Below are positions 13,065-25,807 of a stretch of 64,000 bases of DNA, one piece after another. The position numbers and the translations under genes are program-made. Within the stretch, counting starts at the first letter, position 1, and each line of letters begins with the position of its first letter. Source of the DNA: Tubulanus polymorphus (Eukaryota > Animalia > Nemertea); assembly GCF_964204645.1 (NCBI RefSeq), contig NC_134025.1, positions 13,020,001-13,084,000 of the forward strand, read 5' to 3'. The notes beneath the pieces are model-generated. The model saw only the letters and a list, made by a program, of their open reading frames with translations. It ran no database searches and was not told the DNA's origin.

Positions 13065-14484
13065 GAATCAAGTCTGAACAGCATTTAAACGCAAGCGATT
13101 TTGAAAATTCGTTTTTTACCAGGAACTGTGTATCAAGTCACTCGGCAAGTAGTGCAAGGGTGTCCCCGGTGGCCTCCTGCAGACCGTGTGATTTATCGGC
13201 AACGGCAATAAATGTTCATTAACTAGTTACACTTGGCTAAACGAAGAAAATCTGATTTCACACCTACTGGTTTAGTGTCCTCTTGTGTATCAACACCATT
13301 TCCCAAAGAAATAACTTCTTATGTAGTTCAATCATCGTTGTTTCAGTGTCGCCTCGACTAGATCATCATAAAATCATCATGCTAATGGCAGGCTCATAAT
13401 TCAGAATTAAGTCTAATTTTCTCGATGCCCGGACTGCCGAGGTAACTGATCCCCGGTGGCTATTTGTTTCGGCTAAGGGGTGATTATAAACGCACAAAAG
13501 AGCAGTAAGCCGTCATTAGGACGCGGCCAAGGCAGTCAAGTAAAGACGAAACTTGCCCAGCTGAGAAATTAGCCAGTTTCTTCCATGTTCCGGTCGCCCA
13601 TCATGAAATATCCCTTGTTGTACAAGATAGAAGATTACAGCGGACATGCTGCTCTTAGATCAATAGGTACATTATTGAAACCTGTATATTTGGACAGAAG
13701 ACTTGTCCAGTAAATCTACATCAGTGGCGCCACCGTACATCAGAATTAGAAGTCACACTATCCGTCAGTTGGGGTAAGTGAACTGAGTAGGAAGCACTGT
13801 CAAACCAAGATACCCAATAAAACACTGGGTCTTTACTCGGTAAACACAGCAAACATGACAAATACATAGGACAGATATCGGACACACTCAGAAGTCCAGC
13901 TCTTGGAAATGTCAGACATGTCATTTCGCCAGGATTAACCTAATCATGTATCAACTCCACAATACATCAGTAATATTTGTTATGAAAGGTTAACGTGTAT
14001 TTACTGGATTGTTGAGACTGCTGATTAAGTCCAGTTATTGTGAATTGACAACCAAATAATGCACTGTTTAGACAGAAGTTGTTGTCTTACTATGAGCATT
14101 CTGAGGCCTTAATTAATCAAGCAAATGCTCGATCGCTACTCATACTGAATCGAGCAACATAAAAAAACAGCCACAGAGTAACTAAATAGAATCACTTCCA
14201 ATTCTGATCACTTGATTGGAAAACCATGGCTATGTCTTGAGACAAATGGCCATAAAAGTCTTGTTAAAACTGCATCACGGCAGCAATTTTGTTGTCTAGC
14301 ACCATTTAAGTGCCATGATGTTATCGATATGACTAAACGAAAATGTGAAATTAAACATCAGCAAGGTCCATGAAGAGACAGTAAACCCTCAAACGCAAAG
14401 TATGGACCTCTTGAAGTGTTGTCCAATATGCCGATTGCTACAAACAATTACAATATTCCACTTGGTTTATGTATATATTGCGCT

Positions 14485-14559
14485 AGAGAGGGGGTAGCAG
14501 GGAGGGAGATCGGGAGGGGAAGAAAAGGGGGATAGAGGGAGTGGAGAGAGGGGAGAGAG
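14485..14559. repeat. GA-rich polypurine low-complexity tract with multiple G-runs
   Basis: agagagggggtagcagggagggagatcgggaggggaagaaaagggggatagagggagtggagagaggggagagag. Confidence 0.8.
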
Positions 14560-15891
14560 TGAGACCAACACTCTAACATTCATCTAAATGGTCAAATGAG
14601 AAAAGTCTTATGTTTGCTATTCTCTTATCTCATGTGCCACTGGCAATGATTGATTATCATTATTATGAAATCAAGCGCAGCTTTTACCTGTGCCTTAACA
14701 AACCATAAAATAAAACACCGAATGACTAGAGGTCTGCAATGCATTCTGCAAATTGATGAACCTTTGCCAAAACCCTTTATCTTTTACACGTGCATAATAA
14801 GCTTTCCTCTATCTCAGGAAGAGAGCCAAAACAAAGCGGACCACATGAAAAATGTTCCTAGTGGAATGATGTTCCAGTTCTGGGTAGTTTTACTAGTGGT
14901 AGTTCAGTCTGATTGACGAGAAAAAAGTAGAGTTTTTTCTCACATATCTTACTAATGACAAAGGAACCGAATGTTATAAATAGACATAGTAAATATCAAT
15001 TGTTTTATTTTGAGCTGAAATATCGGCTAAATTTAGAACCTTTTTGTATATTTATCGTCATTTCACGGGGCTGTGACAGAGGATGTAGCTTTAGACAGAC
15101 TCAAACAGTCGGGGCTAACAGCTTGTCAAATCCAATACAACTCTACATCGATCAACGACTGAACATCATCCATCACACGCTGGTAAAACCGAGTCATTTT
15201 CCAAATGGCCATTCACCGAATGGATGATAATACCTTTATAGAAATTAAGTTACGAAAAATCCCCGACAAAACCCCGGCACCATACATTGCACTACGACAG
15301 AGCCACGGGTATGCGATCGGAGTAGAATGAGTTTAATACATCGGGTTCGTCGATGACCAGGTTACCGAGGACAATGCCGTCCAATCATAACTGTGGTTAT
15401 TCCACGGCTACAACTTGCTAACCACTGTCAAAATGACTGATCGTCTCGCCGTTTTTATCAATATCAATATCCTCAACGACTACAACGACGATGACGACAC
15501 AATGAATCTATCTATTACTAACGCCTCGTTATGCATGTGTGAGCTTTTTTCGATGCATATTCCTACATGTATACATAACCATAGAAAATTTAAGTAAATA
15601 AGGTAAATAACACTAAAGCCTAAACCAAACGCACATAGTAAGATGTGAACCCAAAACACAAAACAGACATGCTGTTTTTGCAAACTGTGGTTCAGGTTAC
15701 AGAATAGTCACGAAAGATACCAGAAAATTGCTTCTGTTTCATGTTTACAGTTAATGTCTTGCTATGTGCATTCGACTTTAGGGAGTGCAAACTCCAACTT
15801 CTAATCATAGACTGGTCAGTAACTTGACTGGGTGAATAAAAAATAATAATTTTCCAATGATCAAAATACCAGCCTAATATAGGACTCTTAA

Positions 15892-16111
15892 CAGGAGAGG
15901 GTCTGAGGGGAGGGCGTACCCCCTCTAAAAATGTCGCCCTAAAATTTCATGGGAAAATGAAAAATATTAAACCTAAAAACGTTTAAATTCATAGACTTTT
16001 TCTCTGCATCTCCAAAGTTAATCCGATGAGCTGAGCTTTCCTTGCGGGATACCCTTTCGATTTCATGATGTCCTATTTTGGGGGGTATACCCTCCCTGAA
16101 TCAGATCCTTG
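15892..16111. mobile_element. Degraded MITE-like element with imperfect terminal inverted repeats
   Basis: Left end AGGGTCTGAGGGGAGGGCGTACCCCCTCTAAAA versus reverse complement of the right end AGGATCTGATTCAGGGAGGGTATACCCCCCAAAA. No clear target-site duplication seen. Confidence 0.5.
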
Positions 16112-18430
16112 ATCCGATAAAAAGAAACCACATTCATTAAGACGCGCAAATAACATGCAGTGAGTTATGTGGAAAATGCTATTGAAGTAAATACAACTTG
16201 AGAGTGAAATTCGGAAAATGGAGAAATTGCTATTTAATCAATGGAATCAGTCCAACAATGAAGGGTTCAAATATTGAGTAGTAATACACAGTTAATCTAA
16301 TGAATGTTCGTGTATGTAATCCCAATATGTGGTCAGTCTATGTATGTGACTGATCCGTTGAACATTATTAACAGCGGATCATCTTCAAGATATGACATTA
16401 ATCGACGCTGACAACAATTTAGTCTGGCTTCCCTTATGACAGTAATTATGACCTGAATTTCAGAATAGTCGCATAGTTCTCAGCACAGTACTGAGTGGAC
16501 TATTGCTCTGCGTGGAAGGAAATCAGATCAAGTCGTTTGGACAACTAATTGAATTTCATATTTACTGACCAGTTGGGAATATTCGATACGGTTTACTCAG
16601 AGCCCATCTCTACTACTATGTAGCACAGGTCGATGATTAGTCGAAATAAAAGCCTGTGGTCAGTCTCAGAGGCACCAATCACCCTAGATACGAAAAATTG
16701 CTAGCGTAGCCTTATGGCACATTTTTGGAAGATGTTGATGTGGATAATAGTAAGCAAAACACCCCGGGCTTGAATGCGGAATTAGCTTGCCAGTCAATGG
16801 CTCAGCAATCTTGGAAGCGGGATATAAATAACCGTAGCCAACAGTAATCACAGTAAAGACCAAGTCTGTCAGTTTAGGTAAAATTTGAGTTTAACATTCT
16901 TGAACAATATATATAAACTTTAACATTGTTTAACAAATTGAAAAAAGAAATTAAACTGTATATAGTTGATTACACTTACACCCGATCTTCATTTTTCCTA
17001 TAAAGAAATCGAGACTGAATGGCGGATTCTATACGGATGAAATTTCCATGATAAAAGTACTCTAGCAAGAGAAAAAGACGATGTGTACTTCAACTCGTGT
17101 ATCAGAAAGTCTATTGGAATTGAAATTTACTGGCTTAAAGTCGATGTGTTCGAAATAAACCCATTTGTCACTAATGTTCTCCTTTGTGCGATACAGTAAA
17201 ATTAATAACTTGAAATCCCGGATCGACTGTAACTGCATCGGGGCTTACGTATTTAGCCAAATAAGAAGGCTCGTAATCTGTTTTTGTTGAAATTAACGAC
17301 GAGCCATCAATAAGGTGCTGTGGAAATTCAATCACTCGATTGTCATGAAAATCCAATCCTTTGATGCTCGTTAGGCTGTCTTGACTAACTATGCCATCTT
17401 GCTGTATATACGAAAGTTGAGTTCATTTGCTCATTAAAATGTATGACGATGTAATGATTTTTCTTGAGGTATAGACACACTGGTTCAAAGCCAATGAAAA
17501 TAATTTTTTCTTATTTCTATTTTCAATTAGATCTATAATATCCAGTACCCTAGCTCCATATAGTAGTTATATGTATATAAAACCTTATTAAATATTGACG
17601 AATAATACGTTTTGCATAGATCACTTCTATCAATCTTCAGATTTATCTAAAACGATGTTCGAATTGTAGAGAGGACCTCGGATTATACATGTTTACTAGT
17701 TAAAAAGTACAATTTTAGCAAAATGGATCTGAGCAATGATGTGCGCACCACCTCCAGACCACCTTCCTGGTCTGAGTGATCCAGTAACCAGTAAATATGA
17801 TAACTAATTTCAACATTTAATCCCGATTAATCACATCTTGAAAATGAGACAACATTGATTGTTTCAATGCGGGGGTGATACGTGGATGAGTTTCAAAATC
17901 GCTGAATTCCCGAGTTATTAAAATTCGACTACGCGCTATTTGCATGCTATGTGAGCATGCTGAACGAAGTTACCCGACTGTAACAAGCCGAGCGCGTAAA
18001 ACTTGCAGCGCGCGACGCGAGAAGAACCACAGTGCAGGCGCAAAAACGCCTCAAAGGCTTCACACTACGTCATCTCGCATCAGTGATAACATAACTCAAC
18101 TGGGCTTTACGAACAAAGGGAATGACAATGAGTCGTTAGTGTATGCGATGACACCTTATCCTTGTTGTTGTGCTTGGATTCCTCGCCAAATGGAATTGTT
18201 GTGACACAGCCCGGCGTCTAATCTAGACTTTTCACACCGCAGTGCCTAAAAACCACCACCTCAAGTGCTTAGCATTCACACTTATACCCAATCGGTTTCT
18301 GACTCAGATCAAAATTGCGCCATACTCTCATCTGGCTGGTTGATTGTTCACAGATTCGACATTGCGCTGCCGGCCATGTCTGAGAGTAACAAAACGCTAT
18401 ACATAGGCACCTCTCCTTAAAAATGAAACA

Positions 18431-18462
18431 CACTAGGCAGTTTATGCACTAGGCAGTTTATG
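18431..18462. repeat. 16-bp perfect tandem repeat x2 (cactaggcagtttatg)
   Basis: Read directly from the sequence. Confidence 0.9.
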
Positions 18463-20430
18463 TCACATCTTGCATGGCTCAAGGGCGTGTAACCCAAACC
18501 CAACAAAATTTCAACTGGCACAATAGGAGTAAACACATCATTGAACTCGGCCCAATCACCACTTTGTGAAACTAAATCTTCTAATGACTAGTCTTGGCAA
18601 ATAGCTAGAGGATGGCACACTTGGTGAATGCGCGGAATAGACTACCCGCAATGAACCTTCTGTTCGAAGCCAAACCACCCGACATGAGGCCAAATACCAA
18701 AGATAAGTTCTACAAGATATATGATGCCATAAAACACGCATGAACGGTTCTTCTAAATTAGAGAATTGATCTTTGATTTTTTTGTTTTCATCAAATGTGA
18801 CCGGTATCAGCATTTTGGCTGACAGATATGAAAAATAGATGTTCCAGACGCATTCGCCGATGTGCTATAATTTGTCTCTTACTCGTCATAAATCGTTGTC
18901 TATTAATGATCCAGTACGCGTACTTGCGGCAACTGCAGACATCATAATTCTGACTCCTTTTCTATAAGCTTTTGGCGCCTTGATTGAAATTGATATAAGT
19001 CGTAGCGTCCCACCACTTCGCTGCGGCGGGGAAAATGCCACAGTCCTAAAGCACGGTGGCATAAACTGCCACAGACTATCACCAGACAACTACTGGTGAT
19101 GTAGTCAGCCGTGTGGTGTCACCCTTCGTCTTGTTACCTATCATCATTTATCAAAACCGGCCTACAGATCATTACCCGAACAAACAGTGTGTGATGTTCA
19201 AATATTCCATACAAATTTTCATTCTCCGAACATGATTAGCCATGCATTTCTTTTTACAAAGTTGATGATCTGGAAAAATAATTTCAGCCTGTACGAAAGA
19301 AACCCGATACACAGCTTATCTTCATTTAGCACAGCGCAAGATGGAAATAGGAAGCATAAAATGGCTTTTTCGGTGAGCCGATGGTTGAGCGAGTCTAGAT
19401 GAACAGACAAATAGTATGTGGATGACTTCTCGCGGACAGAAAACGGTAATGGCTTCATAATATCCTGTTTATAGAAATACGACGATATTTATGCATGAAA
19501 TTGCACGATTTTTCTACATTAAGTCTGTCTGAAGGATAACGTGGCATTAACCAATAAATAGACATACGCAACAGACATAGGCAACGGAGAGTATTTATTC
19601 GAAATTGCGACTCAGTTAAAGAACAAGACTATCAGCGATTGAGAATATCCGTTGCAGTCGACATTACAAGCTAAATCGCACCAGATAATGATAGAAATGC
19701 AATATAATTAGATCAGAATTCAAAATGTGTGTCTTCACATTTGCAATTCCACTGATAGACTTAACTGTCTCAAATCGGCACACTTCACAAGACTGCGGAA
19801 GGGAGACTCATATGCATAGTTTATTTAGAAATCGGTTTTTTCTGTGTATCGCCCTGGGACACAATAAGAAGAAGGGTAGTTCCAATTTAACCAGGCACTA
19901 TATTGGCTTGTTCGCCAGCTCATGCGCTCTCTCATCCCTTGCCACAAATATTATGGTTAGATAATAACTCTGATGGAAATGTCATCAACATATGTCTGGC
20001 GGCGAACGTGAGTATTTTCCTCTAGTTTGGACCCACTCAACTAACAGCGGCTGAGTGTACCCTGAGGGAACACTTCCACCAGTCTTACAGATCCGTCTTC
20101 ATGGGTTTCATCAACCTGTCAAAACGTACCGTTTCTTTTTGCATCTATCCGCATCCTCTTCGTACCCCGATCTGACAGCTTAGATGAAAGTTCAAGATTT
20201 TTCGTTTTGAGCATGTTAAACGCCGCGAATAAACTCCAGTGGGAGATGTACGCTCTGATCGTATCGAAAACAAATTTTCAATTCTCCTTAATATTTTAAA
20301 TCTTTTGAGAATCTTTTACGATTCTTATCACATGACGCATTTTAAAATCGAAGGGCATCATAGACTACGCATTTTTTTTTTACAGGATCAACAAAAGATA
20401 TTCGTGTTGAATCGCGTCATTATATATACC

Positions 20431-20457
20431 ACCGTATCCATAACCGTATCCATAACC
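20431..20457. repeat. 12-bp tandem repeat x2.2 (accgtatccata)
   Basis: Read directly from the sequence. Confidence 0.85.
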
Positions 20458-21819
20458 ATTTCGATGATGAAATAGCTGTCAACATCGTCGTCAAGCATTC
20501 AACAAAAGAAAAGTCTGCGGAAATAAAACCAGTCGCCCAGATCAATATCACGAAAACAAAAGTTGTATTGCTTTCGAATCCAGCTAAAAACCTCTTCAAA
20601 CGAGCTTAGTAAATAATTCAGCAATATTGGCCACTCTCCTTCTCTCCATACAAGTACTTTTTACCAAGGTAGAGCTTCGGTGGAGAGGACGATGAGGATC
20701 GAGTTACACAATAATGCAAAGACTAGGATGGTTATAAAATATCTTGTATAGAATTATCGAAGAACGCCGGGTTCCCATACATATTGCTGGGTACTAGCGC
20801 ACAATAAAGTCAGATTCTATAACAAAGTACTGTATTAACAATCGATGCATTACCGACTGAAAGAGCCTCTTATGGTACAGATATTTTGCGCTGTACATTC
20901 CCTATAGAACAGTAAAATATCATCATACGTCTGGAAATTCTGTTTACTAATTCAATCAAAAAATAACAAACATTTACATTGATACTTGTCTGAGGGAAAA
21001 AATGTAGCACATCAGCGCAGATGCCTCGCTTTCTATTCAAAATATATGTAGAAACATTCTCAAAAACCTAACATCTAACTCCTGAGATTTTCACGTAAAC
21101 ATTAAATGTCTCATCAATACATTGATGAATGAAATTACATCTAAGTATTCGAGAACTTCATGAATTTAAACATATTTTTATCATTTGGACGAATTGAAGG
21201 AACATTGAGGTTGAGTATGCCTTAGCAAGTCGTAAATATGTTTTAGAAATCTTCAGGTTTGTGCATTACCCAGTTGCATTACCTCACTAAAAGGAAGCGC
21301 CATTATCAAAATGCTGGAAACGCTTTGAAGAAATGAACTTGCATTTTTTCTATGCTTCCTGCATGCTCACTAAAAGCAAGTCACCAAAGCCATTCCGATT
21401 GCAGCCTTTTCCTGCCCAACCCGTACCAATGATTACATGTTCCCGGCCTAGAGTGTTTTCACCCAGTAATGCACATGGTAATGCCACGGCACATCAAGTA
21501 CCGGGCCACGGTGGCATTAATGTCTTCTAACCGGTCTTACTTAATGGCCACTTCATATGAGGCAAGGAAATGCTTCTTGATTCGGTATCTACTCAAATTG
21601 GTGCACTAATATATTGGGGAATATTAGCCAGGAAGCCCTCATACATACCATTAGCTGCCAAGAGGCGTTCTCTATTGTATTCGGCCCCCACCGAACAACT
21701 ATACAAGTACCAGTTCTTCAAGTTTGCCCAACAACTTCATCTAAATTGCAAATTTGTGATTTGCATGCTGTCCATAACCAATACACTCAAAAGACAGACT
21801 CACATATATACATACAGAC

Positions 21820-21824
<5 letters not shown>

Positions 21825-21906
<82 letters not shown>
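21825..21906. repeat. (TA)n microsatellite, about 41 units
   Basis: Read directly from the sequence. Confidence 0.98.
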
Positions 21907-21909
<3 letters not shown>

Positions 21910-24900
21910 CCATCCAGACATCACTCGCTGCAGTAACAGAGACCAATTATTCAAATCTGACAAAATATGTTGCAGTACATTTCACTCAATAATAAAATTT
22001 CTGACTCAATGGACATGTACTAACAGTGAAAGTATCGCCAAAAGGTTGCCTTTGAGAATAAAAAGATACTCCAAAATTTAGTAGTGATGAAACGAATGAA
22101 ATAATGAGAATTAGCAGCGCTTCCTTCCATTATAGAATGTTGCAAGAAAAACGCTGATGGATTCCTCAAATCAACGCATAATAGCAGCAATCAGTGAAAA
22201 AGCAATTACCTGGTCTACTATCTCTTGCACTCCCTTGTGGACTTCATACGCCATAAATGGCAAAACAGCAATCTCGGCAAGCTTCTCGAAAGGCTAAATT
22301 CATTAACCCGAAAATTGACTGAATAAAGAATATTGATAGAATGCGCAAAAATGGTCGAAATTGCATTCATAAGAAGGTTTTATTAGATATGGTGAGGATT
22401 TTAATCAAAAACAATCATGACATATGTGTTTCTTCAGCGTGACAATCTCTCTAGGCAATAATAATATCCTGGTTATTACCACGATTGCACTAATTTGGCT
22501 CCAAATAATATTTGAAAATTATCCGACAATTAATATTCAAATAGTCGATTCATCAGGTTGTCATGTTCAACAAATATCTAACGGCTAAACTTGTAGTGAT
22601 GTAGGAAGCGAAGCTGCTTCCCCGCTAGGTTCGCTAACCGCCAAGAAGTAGAGACCACTTTCCTTTCTTCTCACAAGTGGATTTCTTATAACCGTGCCAT
22701 TTCCCACCCAGAATAAAGATTAACTCCTACAAGAATTCGCTTCAACAAAAATGATTAACTTTATGAGACATACTTTCTGTTATTTCTTCAAGAAGAAATC
22801 AACAGATATTCGAAACTTCTTGGTTCACTCAAGGGCTTACTTTCATACGTCCATCATATTTCTGGAATGCTGAAAGAACCGACCTCCAAAAAGAAATGAA
22901 ACTTTTTCTTTCGGCAAAGATTTGAAGATGCCACATTTGCGCTAGATCATAAACGAATCATTAGCAACCCTGATTGGTAAAATCATGACAAAGAATGCTT
23001 AACAAGATATTTGAGCCTATAAATTTACTCATTTACAGATCTGATTAATTATTAATCATCGTTCTCACTAAACCGTTTGATGTATTTGTAATTTCTGTTT
23101 TGCATGCAAATCTGTTGTCATGAGTAAGTCTCAATATTACGCTGCACTAAAACACGTAACAATACCAGTGAAGATGTGTCACCAAAAATTTGTGAATTAA
23201 TTTTACATAAAAACCAGCTACATTTGTTGAGAGCTGCATTTACACATAGCTTTAGTCAGCCTCAGTAGCACTTTGATGTCAGAAAATAAATCATTTCGTA
23301 TAAGCAAGCAAGCATTTGCTTATCCTGAGGCGAAAAAGCAACTAAGATTACACCGATCTTCTTCTCTCAGTGGCTGAAATCAACAAACACCTCTACAACT
23401 GGAAACTTAGAGCAAAACTTTGTTTCTTGAATGAAGTGAATTCTCTAGCCTCAGTCTTTGAGTGCTTTGATTACTTAAGCTATGATTCAATCCAAACTGG
23501 ACCTTAATATTAATTCGAAATAGCTCATAAACACAGGAATCAACTAATCCTACCATTATTTACTTTGTTTGCTCGATTTAACATGTTGTGTACCAATGCT
23601 GCAATATACTTTGACAACACTAACTAAACATGGCCTGGAGGAGCATAGAGAGAGTACTTGCATGCCTGGAATCATAATCAGATTGAAACAGGGGCAGTAA
23701 CCAGTCCTAGCTTTACAGAATACATGTATAAACAAATTATCTTATGACTATGAAAATGATTTTTTTATTTCAGACCTGGCGATTTTTTCAAACAGTCAGC
23801 TTTTAATCAATACAAGTTTAAGTCGAATTATTTGACATAGTAAATAATGTGTTCAAATCTATCTGACCTGTGCACATTGGCAGATGAATATTAAAAGTCA
23901 GTCGCTTGGAAGAGACCTTATTCGTAATTTACCCTTCAAAAGTCATGCCAAACAATAAATTACACCGTTGGTTCTTTCAATCCCCTTATGGTGACATACA
24001 TCATCGAAAACGTCACAATGGATAATACTAACAGAATAACTGCGCATCGTAGAACTGGACTCTGGGGATTCCGTGTCAGGCTACAGCGGAGCTAGTAATA
24101 TGATTTGCAGTGGCAGGGCCGTGGCCAGTTTTTAACACCTTCGCTGTACACTTATTGGCGTGTGAGTAGTCGATTTGACAGCAATGAAAGCGCGGCTAAC
24201 ATCAGATGGGGTGTTGATACACTGTGTATTGTCAACTAGCAATGTGTGAGAACAAGTCAGTGGAGGCAGTTTTGAGAGAAGCATAATGGCAGTTCTACCA
24301 CTACCAATCATGGTTATAGCACATTTGGCTAAACAATAAAATGCCCAGCCAGTGCGGATGAAATTTTCAGCCAATAAATGAAAAAGGGATGCAATGTGAT
24401 TCCCTCAATGGTGAAATACCATTAGATGAAAATCAATTTAGGGATTCAAGTCAAATAACAAGTGAACCAAAAATGAAAACTTTATGGGCAATTTCTTGCA
24501 TCATATACATCAGTAGAAACCCCCCCCCCACTCACACTGCTCGCCAACGCTGTATAATTATGAGCGGACCTGTTCAGCTGGGTAAAATTACTAATTCAAC
24601 CCGTCAAAATTGCTTCAGTTCTTACGTTACCCCTGTATCTGTAACGGTCGGTCATCATTGTTGGCGATCGATTGTTCATATCCTACAGCCAATGAATATC
24701 TAATTAATTCATTAAAACCGGCTCGATTCGTTGGATCAATCTATGCCGAGATAGATGGAATTAGCATATGCGAGCATTGCTGATCATGAGTACTAGCAGA
24801 TAATTACGACGCATTGATTTTGATATGATTTGATTGGTTATCATAGCATAGCATTCACAGCTGATATGAATTGCAGGAGCACACTGATATCCATACACTT

Positions 24901-25182
24901 ACTATGATAACACTGTGGAACTGTTTTCTTCCGTCAATGCAAATACATTTTTGTGGACAATAGAATTAACTATCTAGACCTACATACAGTTTACTGTAAT
25001 CCACTTCGAATAAGAGATGCCACAACAAGCTATACATATATTTCATACACGAAATTATGAAATACATTCTTTCAAAATGTGAATCCAAAATGAAAATATT
25101 CCACATATTCTTTGAATAGAAATTTGTCTTCAAAGGCTCGATTCATAAACATTTGAAATGATAAAAAGAAATCCTTGGCTTA

Positions 25183-25314
<132 letters not shown>

Positions 25315-25481
25315 CTATTGATGAATCAATTCAAATTTTATTTCCTTTGAAATAAAACATACTAATGACTAATATGCTTTTTCTGAATTAAACATTGCTG
25401 CTCATTCTGCAAATTTTTCTGCGTGAATTCGAATCAAGGAGTTATTCATGAACATTTTGGAGCTGATGCGGCAGACATATA

Positions 25482-25807
25482 AGCTGCGATCACACAAGCG
25501 TTTTTGGCCCGGGCCAAATTTCACACGGGTGCCAAACGGCCCCGAGCCTGTTTGGCCCAGGCCAAATTTGGCTCTACAAAAAACGTAGGACCAGGCCCGA
25601 GCCAAATTTTAGCACCAGACAAATGGTTGCGTTTGGATTGCAACTGGCACCGGAAATGATTCACTTCGCTTTGTTTTAACATCGTTTAGTATCGCGTGAT
25701 TGATTTGCGTGCGAAAGCACTCTCTAATTAGGCATGGGCGAAATTTGGCCCAAGCCTGATCCGTGCCAATATGGCCCTGGCCAAATCGTCTCCGTGTGAT
25801 CGCGGCT
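25482..25807. mobile_element. MITE (about 325 bp) with terminal inverted repeats, possibly PIF/Harbinger-like
   Basis: Left end is AGCTGCGATCACACAAGCGTTTTTGGCCCGGGCCAAA. Reverse complement of the right end is AGCCGCGATCACACGGAGACGATTTGGCCAGGGCCATA. Internal units of TTGGCCCnGGCCAAA repeat, flanks are TA-rich, and the element is GC-rich against the background. The family assignment is inference. Confidence 0.75.

Noticed and set aside
21570-21992. 140-aa and 97-aa ORFs ending in YIYIYI runs (also 42709-43044)
   Set aside because: They are open only because they cross (TA)n microsatellites; no protein similarity.
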